A DNA stretch of 64,000 bases from Isurus oxyrinchus (Eukaryota). The DNA lies in the NCBI GenBank assembly GCA_026770705.1, contig JANJGN010000015.1:16430001-16494000 (forward strand), written 5' to 3'. Made by a program: the position numbers and the translations under genes. How positions within the stretch are numbered: position 1 is the stretch's first letter; every line of letters starts with the position of its first letter. The notes under the pieces were generated by a model. That model was not told the DNA's origin and did no database searches. It saw only the letters and a list, made by a program, of their open reading frames with translations. This document shows positions 50,901 through 62,789 of this stretch, piece by piece.

Positions 50901-51583
50901 AAAAGTGATGAAATCTTTATTGATTTAGGAGTGCCAGCTATACACTTATAAAGATTGCAGCAGGGATGTTTGGTCTGGAAAGTTTGTGATCTTTTCCTTT
51001 GCTCTGGAAGGACTCTAATCCCACACCATTTCCCTGAAATGTTCCCTCCTTTGTTTATCCTTTGCAGCCGTTGAAATCAGCGTCATCAAAATCCCCCATG
51101 ATTTAACATTTTTCCAACTACCATGCAAAGGCATGCCTATGCTCCCCTCCTGTCCCTGGAGTCTGCAGTAATCAACTAAAAATCCTCTGCCTCCTTGTCT
51201 AGGCTTTACTCCACATGGCTTTTGCAACCTGGACAATGTGAGTTTGCACATGTACTCTCTAAAACATTTCATTTATGGCTCAATTTCATCAGATTGCAAT
51301 ACTTGAATTAATATTCACCACTGAGCACTTCTTTGAAACTACAGGGTCTGGGTTACTTTGCAGATGGTTTAACAAGTGCTTTTGTTCTGTTACTTTTTGC
51401 CGATCGTTCTTGTGCTGTAATTGTTTAATGTGCTGGATAGAGTGAGCCAAAGATACGAAGCTTTTTCAGACTGCTTTGGATGAACAGTTTGCTCATTGCA
51501 CTTCTCCATCTAGTGGACAAGATCAGAACTGATGAAAATGCTCTCTATATAAGTGAGCAGTTCTTTGTGACCAGAGAAGACAT

Positions 51584-52337
51584 GGGGAGGTGGATTTTAA
51601 ACTACCCTGGGGGTGATTGGGCAGGCGGGTGGGGTCAGAAAAGGGCAGTAATACCACAGGCGCTATCCATTCAGCCCCTCTACAATTTTACACACGGTGA
51701 GTGACCCACCCATCCTTCGGTCAATTGAGGCCCTTAAAGTGGCCAATTAATGGCCACTAAAGGGTCTCTTCTGGCCCTGCTGCAACTTTTTGCTTGACCG
51801 GCAAAAGGGAAAGCCAGGTTTGAAGTCTACCAGGGTCGACTCCTGGGACTACTGGCAGGAAAGGGCGGGGGGGAGAATACCTCCTTTCTGGTCCCTTGGG
51901 CCCATTGAAGGGCTCCCAAGATCTTCCCCGCCCACCCCCCTAAGTCTCCTTGCTACCTCCAGTCCCCTCTTTCCCCCCACCCCCACCCTATCCACCTCTG
52001 GAACACAGCACTCCTCCAGCTCGCCTCCCTCGCTGTGGTTTCCTATCCTGGCCCCACCAAAAGCCTCCCTAACTTAGTCATCCATCAGGCTCCAGTGACA
52101 ATCTTCACTGAGTACTGCCTGCAATCCCCGCAATGCCCACTGTTCCTGGTGGCACTGGTGGGACGAGAAAGCGGCTGGTCGTCTGATTGGCCAACAGCTC
52201 TTGGAGGCGGGACTTCTTCCCCAGATGGAAGTCTTGCTCTCAGCCACTTAACGACCTCGTTCACCACCAGCCTTTTTGCCAAGTTGGGGGAGGGGGGTGG
52301 GGGGGTGGGAACCTTGGTGAACTATGAAGTCCTGGCC
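51584..52337. mobile_element. Harbinger-type MITE
   Basis: gg..tggatttt start, gaagtcctggcc end; caattgaggcccttaaagtggccaattaatggcc core shared with the 39292 MITE. Confidence 0.6.
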
Positions 52338-52669
52338 ATGGGAACAGGAGGAGGCCACTCAGCCCATTGAACCTGGTCTGCCTTTCAATGATACCATAGC
52401 TGATCTGCAACCTAACTCTGTATATCTGTCTTCGCCCGATGTCTGTTAATATCTTTGGGTTATCAAAAATATATCAATCTCAGATTTAAAATTAACAATT
52501 GATCTAGAATCATGGTTGTTTGCAGAAGAGAGTTCCAAACTTCCACCAGCTCCTGCATGAGGAAGTGTCTCCTAATCTCACTGCTGAAAGGTATAATTTT
52601 TAGACTATGCCTCCCGATACCAGACTCACCAACCGGCGGAAATATTTTCTCTATCTAAAAACAAAAAAA

Positions 52670-52975
52670 AACTTGCATTTATATAGCACCTTTCGTGACC
52701 ACTTGCTACCCCAAAGTGCTTTACTGTCAACAAATTCCTTTTTTGAAGAGCTGTAACTGTTGCAATGTGGGAAACATGGCAGGTAAGTTGTGCACAGCAA
52801 GCTCCCACAAGCAGCAACGTGATAATCACCTGGTCATCTGTTTTTGTGATGATCGAGGGATAAACATTAGCCAGAACACCAAGGGTAACTGCTGTGCTCC
52901 TCTTCAAAATAGTGCCGTGGGATTTTTTTTTGTATCCACTTGAGAAAGAAGGCAGAGAGCCTCTGTTTAATGTTA
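52670..52975 (-). mobile_element. DeuSINE-type SINE (S2) fragment
   Basis: acttgcatttatatagcacc..cttcaaaatagtgccgtgggat. Confidence 0.65.
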
Positions 52976-53502
52976 AGGAAGGATATTAAGGGTTCTGGAA
53001 CCAAGGAGAGTTGGTGGAGTTAAGATACAGATCAGCCATGGTCTCATTAAATGGCAGAACAGGCTCAAAGGGGCCGAAAAGCCTGCTCTTGTTCATGCAT
53101 TCCTAACCGACCAATATTTATGTTGCTTTGGCTCCACTGGCACGAATCAAGGTGATAAGGCGTGTGCATAACTTTTGTGCTTCATTAAAGCTTCCCTACT
53201 GAGAGGCCATAATGTAAACAGAGCGTAAAAACCCTTATCAGACCTCGTGCCTGGAGTGAGTTTCCTTGCTGGTCTCAAATTTAGAGTTTTTTTGATGGGA
53301 GCTAAACATTAAACGCACTTGTCTTGCTGGCTGCTATCAGCTGCTGCTGCGAATATTATTGGTGCTGCCGATATTTTACACAGGGGATTAACTACAGACT
53401 GCAGCCCCGGAGGACAATGTGGGTTTAGGCTCCCTGAAGAAAAGGCTGCTGTTTCTGAGTGGGTCATCGGGCTCCCATGAAATGAAGAGTGAGTATTCCT
53501 GA

Positions 53503-53729
53503 ACAAAAACAGAAGTACCTGGAAAAACTCAGCAGGTCTGGCAGCATCGGCGGAGAAGAAAAGAGTTGACGTTTCGAGTCCTCATGACCCTTCTGTCGAA
53601 GGGTCATGAGGACTCGAAACGTCAACTCTTTTCTTCTCCGCCGATGCTGCCAGACCTGCTGAGTTTTTCCAGGTAATTCTGTTTTTGTTTTGGATTTCCA
53701 GCATCCGCAGTTTTTCTTGTTTTTATCTC
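53503..53729. mobile_element. Fold-back (palindromic) PLE mini-element
   Basis: Arms of about 90 bp around a 4-nt loop (gacccttc-tgtc-gaagggtc, 53594..53597); 13-bp TSD TGAGTATTCCTGA at 53490..53502 and 53730..53742. Confidence 0.9.
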
Positions 53730-55059
53730 TGAGTATTCCTGATGTTTACTCACCTGGCGATCGCTTTTTCTTTTTAAGTGATTTACGTTTTAACAAATGT
53801 TTGTATTTGCAGGGATCCTCCGTGGGTCCCTGATTACCCCCATTTGCATAGGCCGGGGCTAAAACACACTAAATACCTAGGTAGCAGGGAAGCGATAAAA
53901 CTGGCAGCTGGCCTGGGAACAGCCTGGGGTGAGAATACAAACACCAAGGACGTTGAATAATTGCATTGCCAGCAATCCCAATTCACTGGATCATCCCAGT
54001 CCTAGCACATCTAGCTACCACCTTTTAACTTCAGTCCCTGTGATGGAATCCAAGACAACGTTGCACAATTATGGCCGGAATTTTCCGGCCCGGTTGGCGT
54101 CAGGAGTCATGGCGGGTGGGGTGGGGGGAGGGGTGGGGGGTTGGTGGTGGTGGGTACAATAATGCGAAAAGGCCGGAAACCCGTTTTACGCTGTCGTGAA
54201 ACATGTTTGCTCCATCCATCGGACGTGAGTGCGCACAACCTTCCCCAGCGCCCGCCAACATCGAGGATGAGGCGCTGCGCATTCGCTGGGGCGCAGGGCA
54301 AGTCGTTTGTTCGGGGCTGGCTTTCAGGGCAGTGCAGTGCCGGGGCAAGGGCACCAGCGCAGGTCAGATCGGGGTGGGGGAGTGAGGGATTGAGGGGCAA
54401 GGCAGCACAGAGAGGCTGAAGGAAATACTCGAGCACCTGCTGAAGGAGTGGGGTGGTGGGGGTGGTGGGGGGTGGGCGGGGGTGAGGGAAGTGGCCATGC
54501 ACTTGGAAAAGCTTGTCAAAAGTGAGCATCCTTCCGCAGCGGAGACCGTTCAGCTGCAGCTCCATTGACCTGCCAGGAGTCAGGCCCCTGAAGCTTTTCT
54601 GCCCCACTCAAGCAAGGGTAAAAGCATGAAAGTGCCACTGAATTAGCAGGCTGGGCAAATTGTAGAATCTCCCTGCGAAAGGGGGCCATGACACATTCCC
54701 TGGTGGAGGTGCTCAAAGCCCCTTGCTATGTCTTTATTAAGGTTTGGACCAATATCCCTCATGGTTCAAGCTAACAGTGCAGCCTTGCTGTGCGGGTTAG
54801 GGGAGTGCCTGCGTCTGAGCTGAGGGCGCAGCATGCAGTCCAGTGACCGAAGCTGCCGCCAATCAGTCAAGTGGAGTGGGGCAGAGGTGGGTGGGGCTTC
54901 GGACAGCCAATGAGCGCAATACACACTGGCCATCCAGGTGGTGGCCAGCACTCTCTGGCATGTGTGAGGGGCCTTCAGACTTAACCAAGAGAGGTTCTTG
55001 GAACATCCATGTTAATCTATGCATCTCTCTCTTTGATGCTGCAGGATAACATCAGGATC

Positions 55060-56420
55060 ATGGAGCCTGGTGATTTAGCAGTATGCCTTAGAAAGATTTG
55101 GGAAGAAGAAGATGAGAGCAATGGAGGCACCTGTCTCAGTAAGGGGAGGAGCGCCTCCCTCTAGATGAAGGGGTGGCAGGGCCTGCTGCGCACGCAGCTG
55201 AAGATCCACAGTGAGCCGTCACTCATAGGCACCTCGCAAGACCCAGGGTCTGCAGATGGCGCCAGTCATTCCTGCAGATGACTGAGAACCAGTGTCGCCA
55301 AAGCCTGCTCACATCCAGGGACCTGGTCAGTCACATATACAACCTGCTGCAAGATTTGGTGCCATGGGGACATGGAGGGCATCCACTGCCAGTGGCTGTA
55401 AAAATGACCACGGTGCTCAATTTTTACACCAGTGGCTCCTTCCAGGGCTCCACAGGTGAACTGGGTGGGATCTCACAAGCCTCCATGCACGTGTATCCAG
55501 GATGTAGGAGTCCTGGACGCTCCCTGCAAACCATGCACAGACCTGCAGGATGTGTTTGTGGTGGTCGCACACCAGCTGCACATTCAGTGAGTGGAAGCCC
55601 TTGCGGTTGACGTAGTTGACTGCTTGTTGCCACGGAGATCTAAGCGCCATGTGAGTTATCTTTAGGATGCTATCTTTGCAAAGGCACGGAACTTTGTGCA
55701 TTTTGTCCATTATCAGGAAAGCCAGGGAGCAAGATGGCTGGTGATCTCTGGTTTTCCATTGTGCAGGTTGCCATCGACTGCACTCACGTGGTGCTTAGAT
55801 CTCCATGGCAACAAGCAGTCAACTACGTCAACCGCAAGGGCTTCCACTTGCTGAATGTTCAGCTGGTATGTGACATGTCCTGCAGGTCTGTGCACGATTC
55901 CCAGGGAGCGCCCACGACTCCTACATCCTTAACAGGTCTCAGATCCCTGACATATCCTAGGGTCCAGAGAGGGCTGCAGGATCAGCTCCTCGGGGACAAG
56001 GGCTACCCACAGAGGGTGTGGCTGAGGACGTTCCTGTGGCGGCCTTAGTCTGCAGCAGAGCGACAGTACAATGAGGCTCATGCTGCGACCCGGACTTTGA
56101 TGGAGCAAACGATAGGCATGTTGAAAAGAAGGTTCTGGTGTTTTGACAGGGTCTGGTGGAGTGCAGTAATACAGTCCCCAGAGGGCGTTGCGCATCATCG
56201 CCACTTGCTGCGCGCTCCACAACCCAGGGCCGTAACGGTGGAAGGGCCTGGCTGAGGAGGAGATGGAGGAGCTGCACGTCATCGAAGGGGATGATGATGA
56301 TGAGCTCCTTGAAGGCGAGGATGATGGTGATGAAGCCATTGCCTGGTCAGACGAGGCAGACGCGCTTGAGAGACCCTCATAGCCGTAAGATTCGTGGAGG
56401 ATGATGACGAGATGCAGTGA
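55060..56420 (+). pseudogene. Harbinger DDE transposase (HARBI1-like), frameshifted and rearranged
   Basis: GGHPLPVAVKMTTVLNFYTSGSFQGSTGELGGISQ; AIDCTHV; NRKGFH.LNVQLVCD; GSAHDSYIL; LLGDKGYP; YNEAHAATR..EQTIGMLKRRF; CCALHN. Confidence 0.9.
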
Positions 56421-56641
56421 GGACAGTCCTGACAACCTTACCTTGTATCTGTGAATGTTTGATTCCTGTGTGGCTGATGGCAACGCACATACCTTCAGTG
56501 CTCAGGCTCATGTCATGGAGACGCAGTGGAGGCCCTAATAGTCTCTAGATTCCAGGAGGATGATGATGACATGCAGTGAGGACACTCTATTGATCCTCAT
56601 ATTGCCTCTGTGAATGTCTGACTTCTCTCGCGTTGACACAG

Positions 56642-57205
56642 TTAGAGGCCAACTATGGTGTCAGCGATGGAGTTCAGCCCAAGCATCAGTGCAGGACTGA
56701 TGTCCTGGACCAATGTCACCATGATAGCCGCCATCCTACCAGTGTTGACCTCGGTGCTTTGGCATGCCAGTGCTCTCACCTCAGACTTAAGGCGGACGGA
56801 CTCCTCCATCACGCTTTGCAATCTGAGGAGCGTAGCGGACATCCCTTCCTGATATTCCCGAGCTTGCCTTTGCAGCTCCAGCAGCCAAGGTATGACCAAG
56901 TCCAGAGGCTCGTCATCTGACTCTCATTCAGCAGATTTCTGGTCTCCAACAGTCCTCCGGGTGCCTGAAACCTGGGAAATCCCTGCAACCGCCTGTTGTG
57001 GATCAGTGCGATGTGCTCACCAGATTGTGACCCTGAGGTTACTCTAGAACCAGGTCCCGTCGAGGTGTGTGTCTCTGCGCTGGCAGAGGGTGTGGGTGAG
57101 CGCTGTGACGGGTCTTCAGAACAGTGTCATCAGATTCTTCTTCCAACGTGTCTTCTGGAGGACCTGGATTTTGCACCCCCTCGGCTGCTTCCAGGATGTG
57201 CCTGC
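56642..57205 (-). pseudogene. 3' exon of the Harbinger Myb/SANT partner gene (coiled-coil-like region)
   Basis: LLELQRQAREYQEGMSATLLRLQSVMEESVRL; nucleotide homology to 40840..41400 (ccagcgcagagacacacacctc..gggacct..cacaatctggtg); acceptor ctttcgcag. Confidence 0.7.
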
Positions 57206-58377
57206 GAAAGCAAGGAGAGATAATTGGTGCATGGCAGGGACTGCGGAACAGGGGAGCTGACTCACAGCATGGTTGTCTGATGGATGTTACGCTGCTGGAT
57301 CCTCACTTGGTAGGGCACCTTCCGACCTATAGATAGCACACGCTGTAGCCTGGGCATGGTGCTGGTGCAGAGATTTGCCAACTCGGTTTTTCTCTGCACT
57401 TTGTTCATGTTGATTTGCTCATTGTTACATAACTTGTGTATTTGTTTGCTCCCAAATGACTCCGGCCACTGGTTTTCACAGGAGTGAGATTAAATTATAG
57501 AATCTTATCCTCAAAGCACTAGGAAAGATCTAAACCCCAAGTAACAAAAATGAAATTTGAGTTAGTGTAAATCAATAGCCCTAATTCTGAGACATTCCAT
57601 ATTCCCACTTGGCTATGTACTCTTTCAGTATTCTGACACCATTATAGCCATTGTGTATGAATTCAAAAGTTCGACATGTAAGGATTGTAAAGAGAACTCA
57701 TTTCATACTCTAAAATTGGCTAGCATTACCTACTGCAGACCGGACCAAATACGGTCTGACAGCATAGATAGTAAATAGTTGGCTGCGTGAGTATTTCTGA
57801 AATCAATCTAAAAACATTTTAATAATGATGGACTTTTCACAGGATTAATATCTACTCAGAGTAAATTAAATTGCATAATGCTAATGGTTTGGCTCCTGGT
57901 TGAAATTCAGATCCGGTTAAACTTAGGTAACACACACATTGATTCAGTAGTTAAACATTCCCTTGGAATACAGACTGCAATTTCAGCCTTGTTCCTGTGG
58001 ACAGATGAGTTTTTTTTAGCAGTAGATGATCGTATTTCATTTCACAAACTATTAACGTGTTTAACTTTTCCCTCCTGTATCCTCCTTGTATCCATTTGTT
58101 TACAAAAGTAAGCCTGGGCGGCTTAGAAAACATCACCAACTCATACAAGGTCAGAGTTGACCGCATTAAAGTCAGCTTGAAGATTTTATCCTAAGGCAGG
58201 ATATTTTAAATTCTTCAGTAGGAAGCATTGTGTTGAATCAGCAAGGACACATAATTATTACTTACGGAGTGTATAAGCATTTAAATAAATTCTGACTCTC
58301 TTTTGCAACATCTTGTAAAGCAGAATTACAGCTTTCACACCTAAAACAGAGCTGGCTGCACAAACATTATTTCAGAA

Positions 58378-58760
58378 GAAAGACCTTGTATTTATATTGC
58401 ATCTTTCCTCAGGATGTGGAGAAGTTTTTTTTTTACAGCTGATTAAGGTCTTTCTGGTCACTGATGTAATGTAGGAAACACAGCAACCAATTTGTGCATA
58501 GCAAGCTCCCACAAATAGCAATGTCTTAATGGCCATGCAATCTGTTTTTGTGATGTTGATTGAGAAATAAATATTGGCTAACACACCAGGGAGAACTCCT
58601 CAGCTTTTCTTTGACATAATGCCCTGGGATCTTTAATGTCTATCAAAGGGGGCAGATAGGGCCTTGGTTTAATGTCTCATCTGAAAGACAGCACATAGAA
58701 CAGTGCAGGATGTCCCTCAGTACTGCACTGTTGTCATCTAGATAATTGTGCTCAAGTTCT
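58378..58760 (-). mobile_element. DeuSINE-type SINE (S2)
   Basis: Reverse complement of the S2 body: aatattggc..acaccagggagaactcc..gggatctttaatgtc..tttaatgtctcatctgaaagacagcac. Confidence 0.7.
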
Positions 58761-58809
58761 AGATACGACCCTTGATTTTAGCTAAAAGGCCAAGAAGCGG
58801 CTCCCAAAC

Positions 58810-59350
58810 CCTGTCATCCATCTACAAGACACAAGTCAGGAGTGTGATGAAATGTTCCTTACTTGCCTGGATGAGTGCAGCTCCAACAACACTCAAAAAA
58901 CTTGACACCATCCAAGACAAAGCAACCGCTTGATTGCCAACCCATCCATAAACATTCACCCCCTCCACCACCGACGCACAGTGGCAGCAGTGTGTACCAT
59001 CTACAAGATGCACTGCAATAACCCACCAGGGCTGCTTGGAAAGCACCTTCCAAACTTACAACTGCTCCCAAATAGAAGGTCAAGGACAGCAGATGGATGG
59101 GAACACCACTACCTGGAAGTTCCCCTCCAAGTCACTCACCATCCTGACTTGGAAATATATCGCCGTTCCTTCACTGTCATTGGGACAAAATCCTGGAACT
59201 CCCTCCCTAACAGCACTATGGGTGTACCTACACCACATGGACTGCAGTGGTTCAAGAAGGCAGCTCACCACCACCTTCTCAAGGGCAATTAGGGATGGAC
59301 AATAAATGCTGGTCTAGCCAGCAACGTCCACATCCAGTGCATGAATAAAA
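58810..59350 (+). mobile_element. Family-A LINE 3' end
   Basis: NIHPLHHRRTVAAVCTIYKMHC..KKAAHHHLLKGN followed by the family tail. Confidence 0.85.
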
Positions 59351-59854
59351 CAGAATGTTCTGGAGTGGGACTTGAACTCACAACACCCTGAGGTGTGAGT
59401 GCTGTCGGCTGAGCCATTGCCGATTTTTTTATTTGCTTAGAAGTTGGCAGCAACTTAAAGAGAAATGGAATAAGATTTAGGCAACTTATAGCTTAAAATT
59501 GATTTAACACTTACCATAAATCTTCCTTAGTTGGTGCTAGGTTGTGAGGTTCCATCTGATTCTAACAATGCAATCTATTTACCAATTTTCATTTTTTGAT
59601 TAAAATACTCAAAGGGTATCAGCTACACTGATCATTGAAAGACTGGTGGAGCTCTCAGGCAGTATTAGCTGCCTGTTCGATGTCACGGCTGATATTTAAT
59701 TCCACTGATTGCAATACAACTGAATATCACATGCTGCTTCTATCAGGCAGTGAATCTAATGCTCTCTGTTTAGTGCCCCCACCTGAGATGTATCCCCACC
59801 CCACTATGGTACAAACATTGTAATAGAAAATGCAGGAATCTGCTGTCAATCTAT

Positions 59855-60378
59855 TCAGAATCGCAGAATGGTTACAGCACAGAAGGAGACCATTCGGCCC
59901 ATTGTGTCTGTGCCGGCTTTCCACACCCCCCTGTCTTCTCCCAAAGCCCAGCGTATTCTTCCTTTTACAGATAATAATCCAATTCCTTTTTGAATGCCTT
60001 GATTGAACCAGCTTCCACCGTAATCTCAGGCAGTGCATTCCAGATCCTAGCAACCCATGGTGTGAAAAAGCTTCTCCTCATGTCTCCATTGCTTCTTTTG
60101 ACAATTACCTTAAATCTGTGCCCTCTCACTCTCGATCTTCCCACCAGTGGGTACAGTTTCTCTCTATCTAGTCTGTCAAGGACCCTCATGATTTTGAATA
60201 CCTCTATGAAATCTTCTCTCAACCCTCTTCTCCAAGGAGAACATTCCCAATTTCTCCAGTCTACCAACGTAACTGAAGTTCCTCATTGACCATTCTCATG
60301 AATCTTTTCTTCACCCTTTGTAATGTCTTCACATCCTTCCTAAAGTGTGGTGCTCAGAACCGCACACAATACTCCAGT
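59855..60378 (-). mobile_element. CR1 3' fragment
   Basis: LREDFIEVFKIMRVLDRLDREKLYPLVGRSRVRGHRFKV..WNALP..FKKELD. Confidence 0.8.
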
Positions 60379-61443
60379 AATCTGTCTTCCTTTATACATG
60401 ATAGATACTATTCATTTTTGAACAAAAAAATGGGATTATTTTTGTGTGAGACTTTTTCAGTAACTCGAGTGTATAAGTCCAGTCTCATTATTGGAGATAC
60501 ATCCGCCTGTGAACAATTGCTTGTCACCTCAGGAAATAAAAAAAACTCCTTCATGGTTTTGCATCTTCCTGGTTTGCTTTGATAGTTTCTCACCACTGGA
60601 GCAGCAGTTGCTTTTGAAAACAGCGAGTGCTGCAGGGAACCTTTTTAAAGACAGGTGCCTTCATTTTGAGCCTTAACCTCCATAACCTGAGGGAAATTTG
60701 TTGAATTTTCAGAAAATGAAACGTAATGAAGCCGTCGATTTTAAAGCAAGCTTGGTTATGGACTGTAAATAGCTGCGCAATGTTGGCAATAGTGTTCCGC
60801 TCAAGCTGTTTGTATTCTTTGAATTCAAAGTGGCGGTCTTCTTCAGATTTGCCTTCAATGCAGAGCAATCAGTAACGTGTCAATTATCCTGGATTTTTAC
60901 TCTGATTTTGCATGACTGATAATTGGCTTATTGAAAAATCAGGGCAGCAAGTGCCAAATTGTGATGACGATATATAATCAAGTAACCATAATTCATAACA
61001 TAGACAATCATTAAAATAAAATAAAGTACAGAATAATTGCACAGTCATGAGCGTTTCAGCATGCAAGTAGTTACAATACATTGCAAAGTGCGCATACGTT
61101 TAGAGAATAAAAATGAAAGGTCTACTAAACCCTGTGTTTTGCATTGAAGTCCATAGATCGTATGTTGTCAGGTTGAGTTCATTAACACCTTGATCATTTG
61201 CATAACCATTTATGAGTCCTACAAAGTAGTTTTATAAATCAGCAAAAACTTGAAAAAAAACCCCAGATATAATGACATCTTGGAATTAGTGAGGAATGTT
61301 CAAGATTGGAGAATGCAGGAATATAATATTTCCTTGTGCAGCAGCAAATCTGTGGAATAGACGTATAGGAAAAGGGGGCAATACTTTGTTGGTTAACTCC
61401 TTTAAAAATAACGTTGTAAGAACGAGATTCAGGATAAAACTAA

Positions 61444-62258
61444 GGCCCAGATTTGTTCTCGGTCGTGGCTAAAATCCTGGAAATGACCAAAAATTTTATG
61501 TCCTGCCCCTGAACCAAGCAATTCTCATCCTTGTGGGGTGGAACTGGTGTCCGGCTGGGATTTGCGGAAGCGGCTGGCCATTTAAATCATCAGCAGCCTT
61601 CACTGAAGTGGGGTTTTGGAAGGCCAGGAGTGTGGAATCCAGAGTGTGCAGATTAGAACAGATAAGAAGGGGTCTGAACTTGGTGGATTGGTCCTGGGAC
61701 ACTTTTGAGAGAGGTAAGACACCCTTTGGGATTGTTAAAATTAAACATGATCATGAACATTTTAAGCACAAACCCATTGGAGCTGTCCAGGAATGTCAAG
61801 GAACTGTCCAGCTGTCAAGGAACTGTCCAGCTAGTGTCAAAAAGTTGTCGAAGAAGAAGTGTCCAAGGATACTAGGTGAGTTGGCATAGAGCGGGTAAGG
61901 GCAAAGGGTGGTAGGTAGGGGTCATGTGTTGGCACTAAGTTGCATGGATGGGTTACAGGGAGTGCATGGGTGGGGGGGGGGGTAATTTAGGTGAGGGCTG
62001 CTTTTTGCTTTAACCTTTTATTAATTTAAACACAGTGCTGGAGCAAAGAGGCAGGAGCTTCAGCCCAGCCCATCTTGGCACCCAGCAACCGACACCCCCG
62101 TTCTGGGGTCAGCTGCCCTGACTCCTACTTCAGTCCACCCACCCCACGCCCCCCACCCGATAATCCAACCTGCGGCCGGACGTTTCTAAAGGTCAGGTTC
62201 ACAGAGCTGGGAAATCTCCCAACTCGGCGCATCCAACCCAGGGATGAAAATCTGGGCC
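61444..62258. mobile_element. Complete Harbinger MITE (815 bp)
   Basis: Perfect 11-bp TIR GGCCCAGATTT/AAATCTGGGCC; canonical TAA TSD at 61441..61443 and 62259..62261; internal ggaactgtccagctgtcaa repeats. Confidence 0.85.
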
Positions 62259-62789
62259 TAAGAGAGTGACTGAGTCCTCCGTGACACATGCGTCCTGTGC
62301 TTTTCAGAGCATGACTGAGGAACGATCATTGTTTTGAGGGTGAATTGCAAGTCTGGAATTATACCCTGGAGTTTTGCTTAGCTATCCTTTGGAGGCAGTG
62401 GAGATATTTTATATTCTCAGAGGTTTACCTGGGTTCGTCGAGTCCAAACTGGGGCAAATTCTAAACGGCCTGTGGCTAGGGTCCAACCTTGATGTGCTAT
62501 TTGGCCTTTCTTCATTTTGTTCTTTGTTTACCTTAAAGTACCTGGGCTGAGGAAAGCTATTTCTTTCAAAAAGAAGAATTAATTAGCATGAAACAAAGTT
62601 GGCAACATGCATTCGGAAAGTGTCTTAAAGCCCAGCCAAATGATGCATTTATGCAGTGATGGTAAAGGGGGTGTGTAAACAGTTGTTGATGGTGGCTTGA
62701 AGAAATGCTGAGACCTGACTATCTAACCAGCTATTTTAATAGCCGCAAATGTGCTGAACTCAGCAGTTTGGGTCCAACTAAGTGAAGCT

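Larger units (their letters stand above)
54073..57350 (+). mobile_element. Decayed PIF/Harbinger transposon with convergent transposase and Myb genes; right end missing
   Basis: Left TIR ggccggaatttt; transposase on plus; Myb-gene 3' exon on minus. Confidence 0.85.

Noticed and set aside
60400-61430. Unique region with a 92-aa minus-strand ORF as an exon or enhancer
   Set aside because: Nothing recognisable without alignments; the same applies to 25000..25860 and 46000..46900.
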